From Octopus sinensis (taxonomy: Eukaryota): 64,000 nt of DNA. The notes beneath the pieces were generated by a model. It saw only the letters and a list, made by a program, of their open reading frames with translations. It searched no databases and had not been told where the DNA came from. Made by a program: the position numbers and the translations under genes. How positions within the stretch are numbered: the stretch's first letter is position 1; every line of letters begins with the position of its first letter. The stretch is taken from assembly GCF_006345805.1 (NCBI RefSeq), contig NW_021834307.1:11613-75612 (forward strand). Direction: 5' to 3'. This document shows positions 54,961 to 64,000 of the stretch, in pieces.

Positions 54961-56089
54961 ATTCAGCAAAAACTGAACACTCCCCGACAGGAGATTCCAA
55001 GGATAGCAAGTGTGAAGAAACACAAGAATTCTTCAATTTTTTCTATTAAATGTGTCTTTACTCCCCCATCAGTACCAAGGCACTCACAAACCTCGATAAG
55101 CCACTGGTTTCCTCCACCAGACAGACAATGCCCTCATATCTTGATATTCTGTTTCTTAAAGCCTTGACCCAAGGACCTGGGTCCTTCTTTTTTCTGTTTC
55201 AATATCTGAGATCTGTGATAGGGTCAAGGGCGCAACTCTTCCTCGTCTGACTAAGCAATAGAAAAATAAACACGTAATCAACACACACACACACACATAC
55301 ATATAATATACACATAAACTTACGCACACATGTATATATATGTGCGTGGGTTTGTATCTGAGTGTATACATACATACATTCATATGTACTTACATACATA
55401 CACACATACATACACACACACACATACATAAATACACACATACATGCATACACACATACATACGTACATACATACATATATACATACATACCTTACATAC
55501 ACACATACATACATACATACGTACATACACACACACATACATGTACGGAACTAGTGGAGAAAGCGTAAGTAAACTCTTGTGGTAAAAACATAAAATAGCA
55601 AGAAATACAAAGTGAAGGAGAAAAATAGGGAGAGAGAGAGAGAGAGGAGAAGGGGAAATAAAAAAAGAGCGATGTCGTATTGTGTAGCATCACCATCACA
55701 TATCACTTCCGGTTCGTTTGCAATATAATGTGAGCAGTGAAGCGTGCAGAAAAACGAACTATTAAATACTTTATCCTGATATGGCAGCAAGAGAAAGTTA
55801 TTGACCCGGAGCAATTTCACGGCTGGGGACACAATTCAATCGAACACCGTGTTGTGCTTGCGATGGCGATAGACTAACATGAAGTTAATAGCAAAACACT
55901 TAAATCCTAACAGGCAATATGGTGGGTACTGGGGGGGGTGACTGGGTGGTTGGGTGGTTGGGCGGTTGGTGGCTGTTGACTAGTGGAGGGGTTCTGAGGG
56001 GTGCGTGGGTGTTGGCCTAAGAAGTGGAACAAAAAAGGGTGATCAATGGCAAGATTTCTCACTTGTAGCCGCTTGCATTTCTTTCTCTC

Positions 56090-59894
<3,805 letters not shown>

Positions 59895-60062
59895 TATCTA
59901 TCTATCTGTCTGTCTGTCTATCTATCCATCTATCTATCTATCTATCTATTTATCTCTATTTCTATCTATCTATCTATCTATCTATCTGTCTATCTATCTA
60001 TCTGTCTGTCTGTCTATCTGTCTATCTGTCTATCTATCTGTGTCTGTGTGTGTGTCTGTGTG
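59895..60062. repeat. (TATC)n/(TGTC)n microsatellite, 3' flank of the Tx1-like LINE
   Basis: Visible directly. Confidence 0.9.
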
Positions 60063-60439
60063 TGTCGTTCTTCAGTTTTACTTCAAGATATGTTGCCAGA
60101 TCTACGTAGCAAATATTCAAAGAGGGCAAATTTAGCTATTTCTCTGTAGATTGAAATATTGATAAACCGGCTTAATCGATTTTCGAACCGTTTTGGTTCC
60201 TCATCAAACGTGTCTCCATCAATTTGATCAATCCCAGAGAAACAAGCAGAACCAATCTGTTTCTACACACACTCGCATGCACACAAACATATTTTAACTA
60301 ACCTAAAATTCTCTGCTTTCTCATCACTGCTATTTCTCTGCTATTTTTCTGCTTATTCTGAGCAGGCAATCTGTAAGTGCAACTCAGTCGCTGATATCGA
60401 CTGTTCTATGATAAAGCGGTATTTTCTACTGTGGAAGGC

Positions 60440-60740
60440 TGAAAAGCTAGTATCAGGGAACCCAAATCTCTGATGAAGCTACATATAAGAAAGAGATTAA
60501 GGAATTAGGACCCGGCTAGCCATGGCAAAAACGTTCATAGAAAAGCTTAATAACATCCAGAGCAGCAAAAGAGTCCCGACTAATTTAAAAACAAGGCTCG
60601 TGCGAGCTTATTTAGCCAATAGACATTTATGGTTGTGAAGTACGGACTCTGAACAAATTTGAAGAGAATAGAATCAATGTATTTGAAATGTTGGTTTATA
60701 TGAGAATGTTACGAGTCCCTTACAGGGATCATCGGATAAC
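60440..60740 (+). mobile_element. RTE-clade LINE RT C-terminal fragment
   Basis: TQISDEATYKKEIK...LAMAKTFIEKL...NLKTRLVRA...GCEVRTLNKFEENRINVFEMLVYMRMLRVP matches the RTE YGCE.WTL...FEMW.YRRML.IPW region. Confidence 0.75.
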
Positions 60741-60931
60741 TTACCTAAAATTTATTTAATTTCAATGTTAAACTCGAAACTATTGAGGCACTGTAGTTTT
60801 GAAATAAACTTTTACTCATCTCGCCCGCTTTTTACAGCTATTTCGTATCAAGCCAAATCGTGGATGTTTATTTGAACATCTATTTTCAACATGTAAAGAA
60901 GTATTTTTTCTGTATATATATATACACACAA

Positions 60932-61721
60932 TGTACATTTAAACACGTAAGAGATATCCGTCATAGGATTCTTGTCACGCTAGAAGGAACAGCCAAAATC
61001 TAAACCACTATTAGGGATAAACTTCGAAAGGAATGAAATGTAAAAGCATTTACCATCTATCTCCTGGACCATGGTTTCTGACTTCTATAGCAAATAAAAT
61101 AATTTGCTAGGCGAAGTCTTCATCAACAGGTACGCCTACATTAAACATATAAGCACGAGGCAATCCAGCGTGTGCCCCGTGCTTATACATTATACTTTTT
61201 CAAAACCACCGCGCAAGCGCAGTTTTATGGGCAGCATATGAAATAATGCTGGCGTTATATTTTAGAAATTTGTACTACCAGTGGCCTAGCGTGTAGAACA
61301 ATTAGTCAATAGACCATATATTATTCATATAAATACAGTGTAGATTTAAACACAAGAGGTATCCGTCATAGGATTCGTATAATGTATAAGCACGGGGAAC
61401 ATACTGGATTGCCTCGTGCTTATGTTTAATCTAGGTGTACCTGTTGATAAAGACTTCACCTAGTAAATCATTTTATTTGCTAAAAAAGTCAGAAACCATG
61501 GTCCAGGAGATAGATGGTAAATGTTTTTTACTTTTCATTCCCTTCGAAGTTTATCCCAAATAGTGGTTTGGATTTTGGCTGTTGCTTCTAGCATACCAGA
61601 AATCCTATGACGGATACTTCTTATATGTTTAAATGTACACTGTATTTATATGAATAATATATAGTCTATTGACTAATTTTTCTACACGCTAGGCCACAGG
61701 TAGTAAAAATTTCTAAAATAT
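60932..61721. repeat. Fold-back element: permuted forward copy plus full inverted copy of a ~345-bp unit
   Basis: 61377-61721 is the reverse complement of the join of 61257-61376 and 60932-61195. The two forward pieces overlap in TTTAAACAC..GAG.TATCCGTCATAGGATTC. Confidence 0.85.
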
Positions 61722-61746
61722 TACCCTGATATTATTAATTATATGT

Positions 61747-61810
<64 letters not shown>

Positions 61811-61811
<1 letters not shown>

Positions 61812-62192
61812 GGCGCAAGAGTGGCTGTGTGGTAAGTAGCTTGCTTACCAACCACATGGCTCCAGGTTCAGTCCCACTCCGTAGCACCTTCGGCAAGTGT
61901 CTTCTACTATAGCCACGGGCCGACCAAAACCTTGCGAGTGGATTTGGTAGACGGAAACTGAAAGAAGTCAGTCGTATATATATATATATATGTATATGTT
62001 TGTGTGTCTGTATTTGTCCCCCCCCCCACCATCGCTCGACAACCGATGTTAGTGTGTTTACGTCCTCGTAATTTAGCGGTTCGACGAAAGATCCCGATAG
62101 AATAAGTACTAAGCTTACAAAGAATAAGTCCTGGGGTCGATCTGTTCGACCAAAGGCAGTGCTCCAGCATGGCCGCAATCAAATGACTGAAC
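61811..62192 (+). mobile_element. SINE family A, full length
   Basis: GGCGCAAGAGTGGCTGTGTGGTAAGTAGCTTGCTTACC head through the GCAGTGCTCCAGCATGGCCGCAATCAAATGACTGAACAA tail. Confidence 0.9.
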
Positions 62193-62287
62193 AACGCAAG
62201 ATGAAAGAATATATTATATATACATATAATATATATATATATATATAATATATATATATATATTATATATATTATTATATGTTATTA

Positions 62288-62354
<67 letters not shown>

Positions 62355-62630
62355 TGTATATATCCAGAGATGGATCCAGATATTTTTTTGTATAGAAGAC
62401 ACTTAGTCGAGCTCAAAAGATTCAAACTTGGACTCTGATGTCTTTACAGGGGGTCAATTCAATGAGGTAAAGAGGGGCTATAAAAGGGATCGGGTTGAGA
62501 AGGTATAGAAACAAATATGTGCATAAAGAAATTAGAACCATCAAAGATATTAAATATATTCCGTTCAAAATATGTATGGACACTTTCAGATGATGAAATT
62601 TTAAGTATAAGTAAATAAATGATTATATTA

Positions 62631-62928
62631 ATAGGTCCAACTTATACAGAGTACAAACGGCAGAGAAAATTAAAGGGATGCAAGAAAGGTGTAATAAGTA
62701 CAACAGCTGTTTCTGGGAGTTCGGTGATCCATAATAATGTTGGTAGATTTAGTTCATCACAATATGCAGCCGTAAAGATGCGGTCAGCATTGGATAAGAC
62801 GAGCCTCCGTCATCAGGGTTAGATCTTCTCTACACACGGATTCCCTCATGTAAAGGTAGATATAGGGCACCTTCCATCCACCCCTCTAATTTTCTCTGCT
62901 GTTTGTACTCTGTGTAAGTTCGACCTAT
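62631..62928. repeat. ~60-bp imperfect inverted repeats enclosing a hammerhead-like core
   Basis: ATAGGTCCAACTTATACAGAGTACAAACGGCAGAGAAAATT at 62631 versus AATTTTCTCTGCTGTTTGTACTCTGTGTAAGTTCGACCTAT ending at 62928. Confidence 0.8.
62699..62820 (-). ncRNA. Hammerhead-like motif with long stem II insert and degenerate stem I
   Basis: Minus strand: CUGAUGA-C-GGAG[~85 nt]CUCC-CA-GAAAC-AGCU-GUU. Stem III is the palindrome ACAGCUGU; stem I pairs poorly. Confidence 0.45.
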
Positions 62929-63102
62929 CAATAGAAATATTTATAGATTTATACTAAGAATCCATCATCTGCAATCCTGTATTGTTTGCTTTCTCTCGTT
63001 ATGAATTTGATACATCTAATATATTTGATGTGTCTTATTGTGCATACGCACAATTGCCTCTCTCTCTCTTTCTCTCTCTCTCTTTCTCTCTCTCTCTGTA
63101 TA

Positions 63103-63140
<38 letters not shown>

Positions 63141-63369
63141 CACACACAGAGGCAATGTGTGGGATAAACAAATTAGACACATCAAATATATTAGATTTAT
63201 CAAATTCGATATATATAATATATATATATATATATTATATATATATACATACATATATATATATATATATATAATGTGTATATAATATATATATATTATT
63301 ATACATAAATACGTATATGTACATACATCTATAAGGTATATATATATAATATATATACACATATATATA

Positions 63370-63412
<43 letters not shown>

Positions 63413-63420
63413 ATATATAT

Positions 63421-63651
63421 ATATAAAAGGAAATGAAGAAAATGCTGACAAAATAATTTAAGTAATTTAAGTAATTTATTAGGTGAAAGTTCTTTTTACC
63501 GGTTGCGCATTTGTTATGCTTATCAAAAGTTTTTTCCTCTTATCTGATAAGAGGGAAAATGCGCAACCGGTAAAAAGAACTTTCACCTAATTAAATTACT
63601 TAAATTACTTAAATTATTTTGTCAGCATTTTCTTCATTTTCTTTTTTATAT
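63421..63651. repeat. Palindromic MITE-like element at the edge of (TA)n
   Basis: ~92-bp near-perfect arms (63421-63512 versus 63558-63651) with a central small hairpin CCTCTTATC-T-GATAAGAGG. Confidence 0.85.
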
Positions 63652-63801
63652 ATCACAACTCGTGTTCTACATTTCCTTTTTAAAATATATATATATATAT
63701 ATGCATACCAAGGCAAGGCAAGACAATGTACGTGATAACACTTTCAATCAGTTAAGATCAAAAGCCATGAGAGCCACTGCCTGGAACTGCATCGGGGCAT
63801 T

Positions 63802-63929
63802 TCCTTCGATGTCGGCTCTTCCTATCATTGCGAAGCACAATTCGCAAAGTGTTAGATTGCTCACGCACTTACATGGAACGTGAGCTGGGATTAGACCGTC
63901 GTGACACAGGTAGTTTTATCCTACCGATG
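63802..63929 (+). pseudogene. 28S rRNA-derived fragment (3' domain V/VI region), diverged
   Basis: TCCTTCGATGTCGGCTCTTCCTATCATTGCGAAGCA.AATTCGC.AAG.GTT.GATTG.TCAC.CAC....GGAACGTGAGCTGGG.TTAGACCGTCGTGA.ACAGGT.AGTTTTA.CCTAC.GATG follows the universally conserved eukaryotic LSU segment, with scattered substitutions. Upstream sequence is not rDNA. Confidence 0.85.
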
Positions 63930-64000
63930 CAGCGCACGAACTTGGCGCCCCGAATCGTCGGGGTGCAGTGCACAGCGGCAGCAGTGGAGCCGCTAACGAT

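Overview
Eukaryotic, AT-rich, repeat-saturated DNA. The tRNA-derived SINE families and microsatellite density suggest an octopus (cephalopod) intron or intergenic region; this is inference, not a database result. No intact, recognisable host gene is visible, and most ORFs in the supplied track are translated microsatellite or satellite. Recognisable elements: several SINE families; a full-length decayed mariner (10.5-11.8 kb) and a mariner MITE; two different decayed Penelope-like elements (a YRDD/Naiad-type at 22-24.4 kb and a YIDD/Neptune-type at 36.4-40.3 kb); a 5'-truncated Tx1/L1 LINE inserted in a (TATC)n tract (56.4-59.9 kb); R4/Dong-, CR1/L2- and RTE-type LINE fragments; a 13.4-kb array of a 14-bp satellite whose central 11.3 kb is inverted relative to both flanks; several fold-back elements; and a 28S rRNA-derived fragment at the right end. 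The most interesting unannotated signal is eight type I hammerhead-ribozyme-like motifs with palindromic stem III. They belong to several different sequence families, all lie on the minus strand, and most sit in short Penelope-related inserts next to (TA)n or similar simple repeats. A weak chain of candidate minus-strand short exons is reported at low confidence.
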